Part shown: piece after piece, positions 9,818-18,703 of the stretch | Position numbering within the stretch: the first letter of the stretch is position 1 | Layout: every line of letters begins with the position of its first letter | NCBI GenBank assembly: GCA_001791795.1 | Contig: MGFH01000157.1 | Coordinates: 383 to 64,382, forward strand | Direction: 5' to 3' | Origin: Candidatus Wallbacteria bacterium GWC2_49_35 | GTDB lineage: Bacteria > Muiribacteriota > UBA9980 | Length of the DNA stretch: 64,000 bases | Made by a program: the position numbers and the translations under genes | Notes under the pieces: generated by a model | Database searches by the model: none | The model's input: the letters and a program-made list of their open reading frames with translations, nothing else | What the model was told of the DNA's origin: nothing

Positions 9818-10831
9818 ATGTATTTTGAAAAACTTGCACGCAGGGGAGCGGAATTCCTGGGGGTCAAATATCCCGTCATATCGGGCGGCATGACCTGGAT
9901 AAGCAATTTCGAACTGATGCGGGCCGTTTCGGAGAACGGGGCGTTCGCGGTGCTCGCGGGCGGCAATATGCCTCCGGATGTTTTCGAACGTGAAATCGAC
10001 CGCTGCATCCAAAATATGAGGGCGCCCTTCGCCGTGAATCTTGTCACCATTGCTCCGAACTATAAATCGCAGTACGAGATGCTGTTATCTAAAAAGGCGC
10101 CTTTCGTGGTTTTTGCCGGCGGCATACCGCGCAGGTCCGAAATAGAGCGCATGAAGAAGTCCGGAAAAAAGACCATGTCGTTCGCGGCCGAGGAGTCGAT
10201 CGCCGAACAGCAGATAAAATACGGCATCGACGCTCTGATACTCGAAGGCAGCGAAGCGGGCGGCCATATAGGGCACGTCTCTCTGACCATACTCCTGCAG
10301 CAGGTACTTTTTGAATTCGGGACGAGCGTCCCGATATTCGTCGGAGGTGGTATAGCTAGAGGCTCTATGATGGCGCATCTTATGCTTATGGGCGCGGCCG
10401 GATGTCAGTTGGGGACGCGTTTTGTCATGAGCGAGGAATGCACGGCGCACGATAATTTTAAAAAGGCATTTCTCAAGGCGCGCGCGCGTCATGCAGTGGC
10501 CACGCCGCAATATGATTCTAAACTGCCTGTGGTGGCGGTACGCGCGATTCGCAACCGCGGCCATGAAGAATTCGGGAAGCTCCAGTTAAAGCTGCTCGGC
10601 GAGCTGGCCGAAGGCTCCATAACCCGTGAAAAGGCGCAATTCGAAGTCGAGAATTTCTGGACCGGCTCGCTCAGGCGCGCCGCGGTGGACGGTGACGTCG
10701 AATACGGTTCACTAATGGCCGGGCAGAGCGTCGGACTCATCGACGAGATAAGGCCCATGAAAGAAATTATTGAAAAACTTGTGGAAGAGGCCGAGAGCGA
10801 ACTCGAAAGGGTCGCCGGAAGGCTTGCTTGA
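9818..10831 (+). CDS. fabK: FMN-dependent enoyl-ACP reductase II / nitronate monooxygenase family (FabK-like)
   Basis: YPVISGGMTWISNFELMRAVSENGAFAVLAGG, LEGSEAGGHIGHVS, GGGIARGSMMAHLMLMGAAGCQLGTRFVMSEEC and AVRAIRN are collinear with FabK as I recall it. Confidence 0.7.
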   Translation: MYFEKLARRGAEFLGVKYPVISGGMTWISNFELMRAVSENGAFAVLAGGNMPPDVFEREIDRCIQNMRAPFAVNLVTIAPNYKSQYEMLLSKKAPFVVFAGGIPRRSEIERMKKSGKKTMSFAAEESIAEQQIKYGIDALILEGSEAGGHIGHVSLTILLQQVLFEFGTSVPIFVGGGIARGSMMAHLMLMGAAGCQLGTRFVMSEECTAHDNFKKAFLKARARHAVATPQYDSKLPVVAVRAIRNRGHEEFGKLQLKLLGELAEGSITREKAQFEVENFWTGSLRRAAVDGDVEYGSLMAGQSVGLIDEIRPMKEIIEKLVEEAESELERVAGRLA

Positions 10832-10875
10832 ACGGCTCGAAGCGCCGACGGCGCTGGAAAACAATAAAATGACGG

Positions 10876-11517
10876 ATGAGGCATATGGCTTTTAATTTTA
10901 ATTCATACGCGAGAAATAAAAAAGGAATATCCAGACTCACGTTCGTGCTGTTTATGCTCGTGATTACAGGGGCCGTGCTGGGCATTCTGGCTTTCGTCAT
11001 GAAACATTCGAAGAATATCGAGCTGGCCGACCTTACGTCTTTCGAACGCCTGAAGAGGCTTTTTGCGGGTCGCAAACCCGTTATATCGGCCGAGGAGGCA
11101 GCTAAAATTAAATCGATCGTTTCCGGCGGGGAAAGCGGCGGGCTGGTCGTCGAGCCGGGAAGCGTCAATGCGGCGGCTCGATCAGCCGGCCGGCCGGGAG
11201 CGCCGACGTGGCAGGGCGTCAAAGGCGACGAAATAATCCTGCGCAACGGCGATGTCATAACGGGCGAAATAATCAGCGAAAAACTTTCGCTTAAAACGGA
11301 ACACGGCTTCATAGGATTCAGGTTCACCGATATCGTGGCGGCCTATTCGGTTTATGATACGCAGAAACCCTATGATAAAGTCATATCTAAAAACGGCGAC
11401 AAAGTGAGCGGTGTTATCGCCGACGCGCATGTAGAGCTGAAAACGGCAGCGGGTGACGTTATTAAAATTGCCGTACCCGCGATAAAAATCATAAATAAAA
11501 ACATAGGAAGCAAATAA
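10876..11517 (+). CDS. membrane-anchored hypothetical protein with two C-terminal beta-rich repeats
   Basis: TM segment LTFVLFMLVITGAVLGILAFVM. Two ~45-aa repeats: ILRNGDVITGEIISEKLSLKTEHG and ISKNGDKVSGVIADAHVELKTAAG. ATG at 10885 is an alternative start. Confidence 0.55.
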   Translation: MRHMAFNFNSYARNKKGISRLTFVLFMLVITGAVLGILAFVMKHSKNIELADLTSFERLKRLFAGRKPVISAEEAAKIKSIVSGGESGGLVVEPGSVNAAARSAGRPGAPTWQGVKGDEIILRNGDVITGEIISEKLSLKTEHGFIGFRFTDIVAAYSVYDTQKPYDKVISKNGDKVSGVIADAHVELKTAAGDVIKIAVPAIKIINKNIGSK

Positions 11518-11532
11518 TTATGGAGGCTAAAA

Positions 11533-12186
11533 ATGGGCATTAACACACACGATTCTTTGATATCCGACTCCCTTCTGCAGTCGGCCGCGGACGGCGACGT
11601 GGCCAAAATGGCCTTCATTTACGCGGCTTCTTATGGAAACTGCGACATTATCAGGCAGCTCGTCTCGAACGGCATCGAAGTCGACACCAGGGACAACGCG
11701 GTTGGAATGAGCGCGCTAATGATCGCCGCTTCGGCCGGGCAGAGCGAGGCCGTCAAACTTCTGCTCAAGTACGGCGCGAATATAAACGCGGTCGACGGTC
11801 TCGGAAACACGGCGTTCTTTTACGCTTCGCGAATGGGGCACGTCGAGATAGTGAAACTTTTGATAGAAAGAGGAATGGACGTAAATATAAAGCAGACCAT
11901 ATTCGGCATGAGCGCACTCACCCTGACCGCGGTTTCGAACGACACGGGAATCGCGAAACTGCTCATCGACCACGGCGCGGACGTGAACGCCTCCGACAAT
12001 AACGGCGTGAGCCCCCTTATACAGGCCGTAGCTTCGGGAAATTTTGAAATGGCGGAACTTCTCGTCAGGCGAGGCGCGGACGTGAACGCCGAAAACAAAG
12101 CCGGTTGGACGGTTTTAAGGCTCGCGACCGAAAAAGGGAACGAAAATATAATAAAACTGCTCCAGAATGCCGGCGCTAAATTATAA
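11533..12186 (+). CDS. ankyrin-repeat protein
   Basis: Five to six 33-aa ANK units, e.g. GMSALMIAASAGQSEAVKLLLKYGANINAVD, GNTAFFYASRMGHVEIVKLLIERGMDVN, GVSPLIQAVASGNFEMAELLVRRGADVNAEN. Confidence 0.85.
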   Translation: MGINTHDSLISDSLLQSAADGDVAKMAFIYAASYGNCDIIRQLVSNGIEVDTRDNAVGMSALMIAASAGQSEAVKLLLKYGANINAVDGLGNTAFFYASRMGHVEIVKLLIERGMDVNIKQTIFGMSALTLTAVSNDTGIAKLLIDHGADVNASDNNGVSPLIQAVASGNFEMAELLVRRGADVNAENKAGWTVLRLATEKGNENIIKLLQNAGAKL

Positions 12187-12223
12187 GACCGATGCTCCGG
12201 GCGGTTAGTCTTCGGACGCGCAG

Positions 12224-13627
12224 TCATGCAGTATTGAATTTTTTCAATATAAGTTCTTTAAGAATTTCCTTTGAATTAAGAGTTTTATCTTTTATAACGG
12301 CGCGCTGGACGTATTTTAGCGCCTCGCCGATCTTCGCGCCAGCGCCGATGCCGAGCAGCGGCATTATGTCGTTTCCGTTTATAGCGAGGTCTTCGATGTA
12401 GACGGGGTCTTTTTCTTTTATCACCACGTCCGCGGTTTTTATTGCTTCGAAATATTTCCGGGAGTTTTCCATTTCGGAAACGGCTTCGTAAAAAGTACCC
12501 GCCAGAAGAAATATCTCGCGGATATCGATCTTTTGTTTCGTTAATTCTCTGTGTTCGGCCATCATTTCCCTAACTTTTACTTCGCGCCGGGAGTCCGTCG
12601 ACGCGTCTGAATCGTTATGAAGCCGGTAAAACGTAAGAAATACGAGCGCTGAAATTTTGTCGAAATCGGGCCTGGAGAATTTAAGATCGAACAGGGCCTT
12701 TATCAGTTTCTTAAATTCATAAACCGTTACTTTATTCCCCGAAACGCGGTACAGGCTGAAAATTATAAGAAATGCGAGTTTTATATCGTAGCCTTTATCG
12801 GCGATTACGCGGAACGCATCGTAAAATCCTGCTCCGAACTCGAAAAAATTTTCGGCGCAGCCGGGCTGTATCAGACTCCGGTAATACTTTTGGAAAATTT
12901 CATGCCACGCGTTCATGTCTGTTAAATATCGCAGATATTTTTCGCCGCGGCCGTTTTTTATTTCGAAAAGTTTCACCAATTCGCTCATGATACGCTCGGG
13001 GGCGGAAGCGAGTATTGAAGATGACATTTCCCGGGCTTTTTCAAATGTCCCGGTCTCGATATCGAATCCGAATTTCGCCGCCTGGCGGACCGCCCTCAAA
13101 ATGCGGAGCGGGTCTTTGGCGAATCGAGCCTCGGGCGAAATCACGCATTTTATCTCTTTTTTCGAGTAGTCTTCCATGCCGCCGAAAAGGTCTATCAGAT
13201 CGAGTTCCTTAAGGTCGCACGCCATGGCGTTGATAGTAAAATCGCGAATAGCCAGGTCGTTTTCAAGACTGCCCGGGGCAGGATCGCCCTCGTTATAAGA
13301 GGTCACGTCGTAAGGCGTTTTATTCATGACGACGATGACCGTGCCGTGTTTCATGCCGTATGGCACGACGTTTCTGAAGATGCGCGAGATGTCGACGCAT
13401 TTCGCATCGGTCAGTATATCGTAATCTTTCGGCTCGTTGCCGAAGATAATGTCCCTGACGGCGCCGCCCACCAGATATGCTTCGAAGCCTGCCTCCGATA
13501 GTTTTGCCGATATTTTAAAAATTTCGGGTCTTATTTTATTTCCGTCGATCTTCATCGGTTTTAAATGCTCTTTCTTATTTTTTCGTCCAGAAAGGTTCAT
13601 TATATCAAAAAAAAGGATTATCGGCAA
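12224..13627 (-). CDS. cca: CCA-adding tRNA nucleotidyltransferase / poly(A) polymerase family
   Basis: LVGGAVRDIIFGNEPKDYDILT nucleotidyltransferase motif; RDFTINAMA; ERIMSEL. Confidence 0.85.
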   Translation of the reverse strand: MPIILFFDIMNLSGRKNKKEHLKPMKIDGNKIRPEIFKISAKLSEAGFEAYLVGGAVRDIIFGNEPKDYDILTDAKCVDISRIFRNVVPYGMKHGTVIVVMNKTPYDVTSYNEGDPAPGSLENDLAIRDFTINAMACDLKELDLIDLFGGMEDYSKKEIKCVISPEARFAKDPLRILRAVRQAAKFGFDIETGTFEKAREMSSSILASAPERIMSELVKLFEIKNGRGEKYLRYLTDMNAWHEIFQKYYRSLIQPGCAENFFEFGAGFYDAFRVIADKGYDIKLAFLIIFSLYRVSGNKVTVYEFKKLIKALFDLKFSRPDFDKISALVFLTFYRLHNDSDASTDSRREVKVREMMAEHRELTKQKIDIREIFLLAGTFYEAVSEMENSRKYFEAIKTADVVIKEKDPVYIEDLAINGNDIMPLLGIGAGAKIGEALKYVQRAVIKDKTLNSKEILKELILKKFNTA

Positions 13628-13734
13628 TATAAATAAGCGTAAATAAACCTTAAAATTAAGGCGAAATCATTTATGCGTATCAGTGAAAACTTCAGCGTGC
13701 ATAATCTCTGAACGGTTCGTATCTTAAAGAATAA

Positions 13735-13763
13735 TTGACTTATTCTTTTATTTATAGTATATT
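13735..13763 (+). promoter_or_regulatory. sigma70-type promoter (its -35 box is the TTG that the ORF track used as a start)
   Basis: TTGACT (13735-13740), 17-nt spacer, TATATT (13758-13763). The ATG at 13771 lies 8 nt after the -10 box. Confidence 0.55.
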
Positions 13764-13770
13764 AACGCCG

Positions 13771-14160
13771 ATGGAAAAAAAAATAATTAAAATAATCATA
13801 ATAGTTTTTTCGGTTCTGATCTTGCTGATAATTCTCAGCACATGCTTTTCGTCGACTGACAGATATTACGAAGATATCTCTATTGGCGCAGATAAACTTC
13901 CCCGCGGCATTAACGAAATAGCCGAACTCGACGGCAATAAAAGATACTACAGGATCAGGAGTTATGGCGGAAAGATATTGACGCTTTCGTCACACGATTA
14001 CGACGGCACTCTCAGGGTGATCGATTTCGAAGAATTTAACGCCGCCAGGCTCGAATACGAATATAACGACGACGGATATTTAATTAAAATTACCAAATAT
14101 AACACAAGTTCAAAGGTCGTAAAGACCGAAAATTACAAACCCGGCAGAAAGAAAAAATGA
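13771..14160 (+). CDS. small membrane-anchored/secreted hypothetical protein
   Basis: MEKKIIKIIIIVFSVLILLIILSTC hydrophobic N-terminus. YD-like segment LEYEYNDDGYLIKITKYN. Start reassigned from 13735 because that TTG sits in the -35 box. Confidence 0.55.
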   Translation: MEKKIIKIIIIVFSVLILLIILSTCFSSTDRYYEDISIGADKLPRGINEIAELDGNKRYYRIRSYGGKILTLSSHDYDGTLRVIDFEEFNAARLEYEYNDDGYLIKITKYNTSSKVVKTENYKPGRKKK

Positions 14161-14182
14161 TCTTCGCCGGATGGAGGTTTCA

Positions 14183-14836
14183 ATGAAAAAAGTAGCTGTA
14201 ATACTTTCAGGATGCGGAAAACTGGATGGTTCGGAAGTCCACGAGGCGACGCTCACACTTTTAAATATAGACGCGTGCGGCGCAAAATACCAGTGCGCGT
14301 CCATCGACACCCCGCAGTCGCGCGTCATGGACCACCTGTCATCGAAAGAAAGCCATGAGAAAAGAAATATGATGATAGAATCCGCCCGTATCGCCCGCGG
14401 CGAGATCGTCGATGCCGGCGGGATATCGCCGAAAGATTACGACGCCGTAATATTTCCGGGCGGTTTCGGAGCCGCGCTTAACCTGTGCGATTTCGGCATG
14501 AACGGCGGCGAAGGCACGAAGGTGAATCCGGTTATTGAAAAAATCATCCGCGATTTTCACGCCGCTAAAAAGCCAATCGGCGCCATCTGCATCGCGCCGG
14601 TGATCGTCGCGCGCGTGCTCGCCTCGAACAAGGCGAAGATCACAATCGGCAACGATGCCGGCACGGCGGCAGCCATCAACAAATGGGGCGCCGAACACGT
14701 CAACTGCTCCGCCGAGGAAATATGCTTCGATCCAAATAATCTCCTGGTCACGACCCCCGCTTATATGCTCGCGGAAAATATCGCGCCGGTCAACCGCGGG
14801 ATCGAAAAACTTGTCAAAAAGATATTGTCGCTTTAA
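14183..14836 (+). CDS. elbB: DJ-1/PfpI-family glyoxalase ElbB
   Basis: MKKVAVILSGCGKLDGSEVHEATLTLL, IFPGGFGAALNL and PIGAICIAP are collinear with E. coli ElbB as I recall it. GGAGG lies 5 nt upstream of the ATG at 14183. Confidence 0.8.
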   Translation: MKKVAVILSGCGKLDGSEVHEATLTLLNIDACGAKYQCASIDTPQSRVMDHLSSKESHEKRNMMIESARIARGEIVDAGGISPKDYDAVIFPGGFGAALNLCDFGMNGGEGTKVNPVIEKIIRDFHAAKKPIGAICIAPVIVARVLASNKAKITIGNDAGTAAAINKWGAEHVNCSAEEICFDPNNLLVTTPAYMLAENIAPVNRGIEKLVKKILSL

Positions 14837-14863
14837 TTTGAATCAGGGCTGCTGAAAGGCTAT

Positions 14864-15418
14864 ATGAACAAACATATCGAATCGCTTATAAAAACAGCCG
14901 TGGCGGAGATTGAAGAGCCTCTGCAGGCCCGCGGTTTCATCGACGGGCTGAAAAAACTGTTGTCAGGTGCCGGCGAAGAGCTCTCCGGTGCGGTTTTTGA
15001 ACTGATAGGCATCAGAAATAAAAGCGCGGAAAAGATCGCGTCGTATGAATCCATAACCAGTTTCATACGCGCCAACGATTTCGTCGTCGCCCGTAACCTT
15101 ATCGTTTTCGGGCTTATCGGCGCCGCGGCTTTCTTTTCTATGCGTTTTTGCAGGCCCGAAGATATGATTTTCGCTCTGTACGGCGCCACGGCGTTTTATA
15201 TTTTCATGATTTTGCTCACGCCGCAGAAAATAAAAAAATACAGACTGCTTAAAGCCTGTGCCATAAGAGAATATCGCGAAAATCTGATATCGTTTTCGAT
15301 CGTGCTTGTGAAGAAATATTCCCTCGATCCGGCCGGTTTTGCCATAAAGCTCAAGGGCGGGCATAGTTTCGCGGAGCTCGTGGAAAATAACGGCGTCCAT
15401 TATTTTAAAATCAACTGA
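14864..15418 (+). CDS. hypothetical membrane protein
   Basis: 184-aa ORF with two hydrophobic segments (LIVFGLIGAAAFFSM, ALYGATAFYIFMILL). No recognisable motif. Confidence 0.5.
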   Translation: MNKHIESLIKTAVAEIEEPLQARGFIDGLKKLLSGAGEELSGAVFELIGIRNKSAEKIASYESITSFIRANDFVVARNLIVFGLIGAAAFFSMRFCRPEDMIFALYGATAFYIFMILLTPQKIKKYRLLKACAIREYRENLISFSIVLVKKYSLDPAGFAIKLKGGHSFAELVENNGVHYFKIN

Positions 15419-15459
15419 AAATAAAAGATTTCAGACAGAAAATCAACAAAGGAGTACTT

Positions 15460-16674
15460 ATGTCGTTCCCGCTTATCGTTTTGCTGACATTAGTTTTCAT
15501 ACTCGCTTTTCCCCGCAGGGGAATCTGCGAAGTCGATAACTACAACGTGCAGATAATCGTAAAAGTACCGAAGAACACGCCGGCGAAAGATAAAGTCTAT
15601 ATCAGCGGCAACCACAGGCTGCTGGGCGCCTGGAAGCCCGACAGGGCGCTTATGACGAAGACCGCGCCTTATACTTACGAGTTCAACGCTTACATCCCCA
15701 AAGCTAAGCGTATAGAGTTCAAGTTCATCAGGGGCGATTTTAAAAAGATCGAAAAATCGTTCGAAGGTTTCGACACTCCGAACCGGTTCATCAACCTCGA
15801 ATGCGGCGGGCAGAGCATAGTGAAATGCCGCCTTGAGTGCGAGGTCGAGGCATGGAAGGACCTGCTGCCTAAAAACGCCGCTGTTCACAGTTACAAACTC
15901 AATCTCATCGGCGATTATGAACTTTATAAAAACGTCGATTCAAAATACCTCGAGTTGGCACGCGACGTCATCGTCTGGATGCCCGAAGGATACGCCGACC
16001 CGAAAAACCGCAACAAACGATATCCCGCACTTTATATGCACGATGGAAACAACCTCTTCGACGCGCGTCTTTCGTTTCAGGGTGTCGATTGGGGCGTCGA
16101 CGAGGCTGTCGAGCGCCTTGTAAAACTCAAAAAAATGAATGAAATAATAGTCGTGGGCATTTATAACACCGAAGCGCGCCTCGACGAATACGCGCCCATG
16201 CGCGACGAAAAGCGAGGCGGCGGAGGGCTGGGATCGGATTACGCCCGATTCGTGGTCGAAGAACTCAAGCCGTTCATAGACGAAAATTTCCGCACTCTCG
16301 CCGACGCGCAGAACACGGCGGTCGGCGGCTCGTCGCTCGGCGGGCTGATGTCGCTTTACATGGGCCTCGAATATCCCGATGTTTTCAGCGGCATGTTCGT
16401 CATATCGCCGGCGCTTTACTGGGATAATTATTCGATAATACCCTGGGCGATGTCTAAAGGATTTGACAATTCACGCAACAGGCTGTGGATGGACATGGGG
16501 CTTCTGGAGGGACGCACGGCGCTTCGCTCTTCAAGGATGCTCGACGCCGAGATACGCAAAAATTACCCGGATTTTAAAAATTATAAATACCGCGAATTCA
16601 AGGACGCCCAGCACAACGAAGCCGCGTGGCGCGCGCGAATGCATCTGGCGCTCGCCTTTATGTACGGCATATGA
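15460..16674 (+). CDS. secreted esterase-D/enterochelin-esterase-family hydrolase with N-terminal CBM20-like carbohydrate-binding domain
   Basis: Signal-like N-terminus. CBM20-like segment: KVYISGNHRLLGAWKPDRALM...EFKFIRG...TPNRF. Esterase core: YPALYMHDGNNLFD, GGSSLGGLMSL (GxSxG). Confidence 0.7.
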   Translation: MSFPLIVLLTLVFILAFPRRGICEVDNYNVQIIVKVPKNTPAKDKVYISGNHRLLGAWKPDRALMTKTAPYTYEFNAYIPKAKRIEFKFIRGDFKKIEKSFEGFDTPNRFINLECGGQSIVKCRLECEVEAWKDLLPKNAAVHSYKLNLIGDYELYKNVDSKYLELARDVIVWMPEGYADPKNRNKRYPALYMHDGNNLFDARLSFQGVDWGVDEAVERLVKLKKMNEIIVVGIYNTEARLDEYAPMRDEKRGGGGLGSDYARFVVEELKPFIDENFRTLADAQNTAVGGSSLGGLMSLYMGLEYPDVFSGMFVISPALYWDNYSIIPWAMSKGFDNSRNRLWMDMGLLEGRTALRSSRMLDAEIRKNYPDFKNYKYREFKDAQHNEAAWRARMHLALAFMYGI

Positions 16675-16719
16675 CGCGCCGGTATAGTTATTAATAGTTT
16701 AACTTAAAATAAAGCGGAG

Positions 16720-17298
16720 ATGGATATGGCGAAAAAATTCGACGATAAACATGCCTGTAAGCTCAATGATCCCGAGCGCCTTAAATGGCAGAACCCTGAC
16801 CTGCTCGCCGGGGTTTTCGGCGATCTGGACGGCAAAACCATAGTCGAGCTAGGCGTCGGCACCGGATACTTCGCGGTCGCCCTGGCTAAAATATACAAAA
16901 AAGCCCGCGTCGTCGGCGTCGACATAAGTTTTGAAATGATCAGCAAATTCAAGGAAAACGCCGAAGCCAGCGGCATCACTAACGTGCTTTGCGTCAAATC
17001 CGAAGAGAACGACACTCTCCTGCGCGATGAATTCGCCGATATAGTTTACCTTATCAACGTGTATCACGAGTTATCCGATCAGCGGCTGTTTTTAGAAGAA
17101 ACTTACCGCATTCTCAAGAAGGGCGGTACCATGCTCCTCATCGACTGGAAGGCGGAAGATACTCCGCATGGCCCTCCGCTGTACGAAAGGGTGGGCCCTT
17201 CCGAGATCGCCGCTACGCTGAAAAAAGCCGGATTTAAAAATATCGATTGTTCAACCGAAATTTATCCCTATCATTACGCCATAAAAGCCTCAAAATAA
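16720..17298 (+). CDS. class I SAM-dependent methyltransferase
   Basis: Motif I VELGVGTGYF; DISFEM; LKKGGTMLLIDW. Confidence 0.75.
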   Translation: MDMAKKFDDKHACKLNDPERLKWQNPDLLAGVFGDLDGKTIVELGVGTGYFAVALAKIYKKARVVGVDISFEMISKFKENAEASGITNVLCVKSEENDTLLRDEFADIVYLINVYHELSDQRLFLEETYRILKKGGTMLLIDWKAEDTPHGPPLYERVGPSEIAATLKKAGFKNIDCSTEIYPYHYAIKASK

Positions 17299-17312
17299 TC
17301 GACGGAATCCAC

Positions 17313-17341
17313 TTGAAAAAAAGGCTTTAATTTTATATAAT
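17313..17341 (+). promoter_or_regulatory. sigma70-type promoter of the pilus operon
   Basis: TTGAAA (17313-17318), 17-nt spacer, TATAAT (17336-17341). About 105-nt leader before pilC. Confidence 0.6.
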
Positions 17342-17450
17342 GAAACGGTGAATATCCTTAGATGAAAATCAGAAATTAAATAGTTTCTATAAGTCAGTAA
17401 AGCAATAAGTCAATACGCGAGCCGTGACAAGCGGGAAAAGAAAAAACACC

Positions 17451-18677
17451 ATGGAATTTAAAGTCAAAGCGTCGACCCGGACGGGAAAGATCGAAAGCCT
17501 CGATATCACTGCGCCTTCAGCCGAAGCGGTCGTGTCGCTGCTTAAAAAGCAGGACATGTTCGCCGTCGAGATCGAAAAGGTGCCCTTCGACCTGGGCCGC
17601 TATTTCAGCGCCGGCAATTTCAGGCGGATAAGGTTTTTATTCAACCGCACGAAATATCTCATCGAGTTTTCCAGGGTAGTCGCGATGCTTCTTAAATCCG
17701 GCATGCCGCTTAACGAGGCCCTGGCGGTGCTCACAGAAAAACGCGCCGCGTCGGATTACTTCACCGACATCATTACCGGCGTCAAATCGTCCGTCGATCA
17801 CGGCATTTCATTTTCACTCGCTCTGGCCCGCCATTCCGATGTGTTCGAAGACCTTTACGTCAAATCGGTCGCCAGCGGAGAAACCTCCGGAAACCTCTGC
17901 GGCGTGCTCGCTAACCTCAGCGATTATTATCAGAAAAAGCAGGCGCTTTTCAAAAAACTGCTTGCGGCCGCCGCGTATCCCGCCGTCATACTGGTTTTAA
18001 GCACTATCGGCGTCGCTTATCTTTTTTTGAACGTAGTTCCGATCTACACGAAAATGTTCCGCGAAATGGGGGCGTCGCTTCCGCCCGTGTCGCAGGTGGT
18101 TTTTTTCATAGGCGATTTCGTCGGCTCTTTTTACCTGCCGCTGGCCCTGCTCGCCGCCGCTTTCGCATTCACCCTCTATAACTGGCTCGGCACGCCGGAC
18201 GGAAAAGACGCGGGCGACAGATTGTCGCTTAAAGTGCCGCTGGTGAGCTCTTTCGTCGAAAAAACGATGTACTCTATCTTTTACAGGACGAGCGGACTTT
18301 TGATCAAATCCGGCATCAATATTATCAACGCCCTCGAGGTCAGCTCGAACGTTGTCACCAACGGCGTGCTCAACGCCAGAATCAGGCACGCGGTCAAACT
18401 TATCAAAGAAGGAAATACGATCAGTTTTTCCTTCGAAAAAAGCGGTTTCGCCGACGGCATCATCCCCAGATTAATTAAAACCGGCGAAGAGTCCGGAACC
18501 ATTTCAGAAATTTTCAACAACATTTCCAATACGATGGACGAGGAGCTCGACTCGCTCACGACTGCCTTCGAATCGCTTTTCGGGCCGCTGATACTGATAT
18601 TCGTGCTTGCCGTTTTCGGCACCATAATAATCGCGATACTGCTTCCGATGATCACCGCGGCTACGATAGTCAGCTGA
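17451..18677 (+). CDS. pilC: type IV pilus / T2SS platform protein (GspF/PilC family), operon copy
   Basis: MEFKVKASTRTGKIESLDI... N-terminus typical of PilC. Motifs: SVASGETSGNLCGVLANLS and LIKTGEESGTISEIF. Three TM segments. ORF-track GTG at 17424 is an alternative start. Confidence 0.85.
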   Translation: MEFKVKASTRTGKIESLDITAPSAEAVVSLLKKQDMFAVEIEKVPFDLGRYFSAGNFRRIRFLFNRTKYLIEFSRVVAMLLKSGMPLNEALAVLTEKRAASDYFTDIITGVKSSVDHGISFSLALARHSDVFEDLYVKSVASGETSGNLCGVLANLSDYYQKKQALFKKLLAAAAYPAVILVLSTIGVAYLFLNVVPIYTKMFREMGASLPPVSQVVFFIGDFVGSFYLPLALLAAAFAFTLYNWLGTPDGKDAGDRLSLKVPLVSSFVEKTMYSIFYRTSGLLIKSGINIINALEVSSNVVTNGVLNARIRHAVKLIKEGNTISFSFEKSGFADGIIPRLIKTGEESGTISEIFNNISNTMDEELDSLTTAFESLFGPLILIFVLAVFGTIIIAILLPMITAATIVS

Positions 18678-18703
18678 GCACAACCTTAAAAAGGAGGCCT
18701 TGC

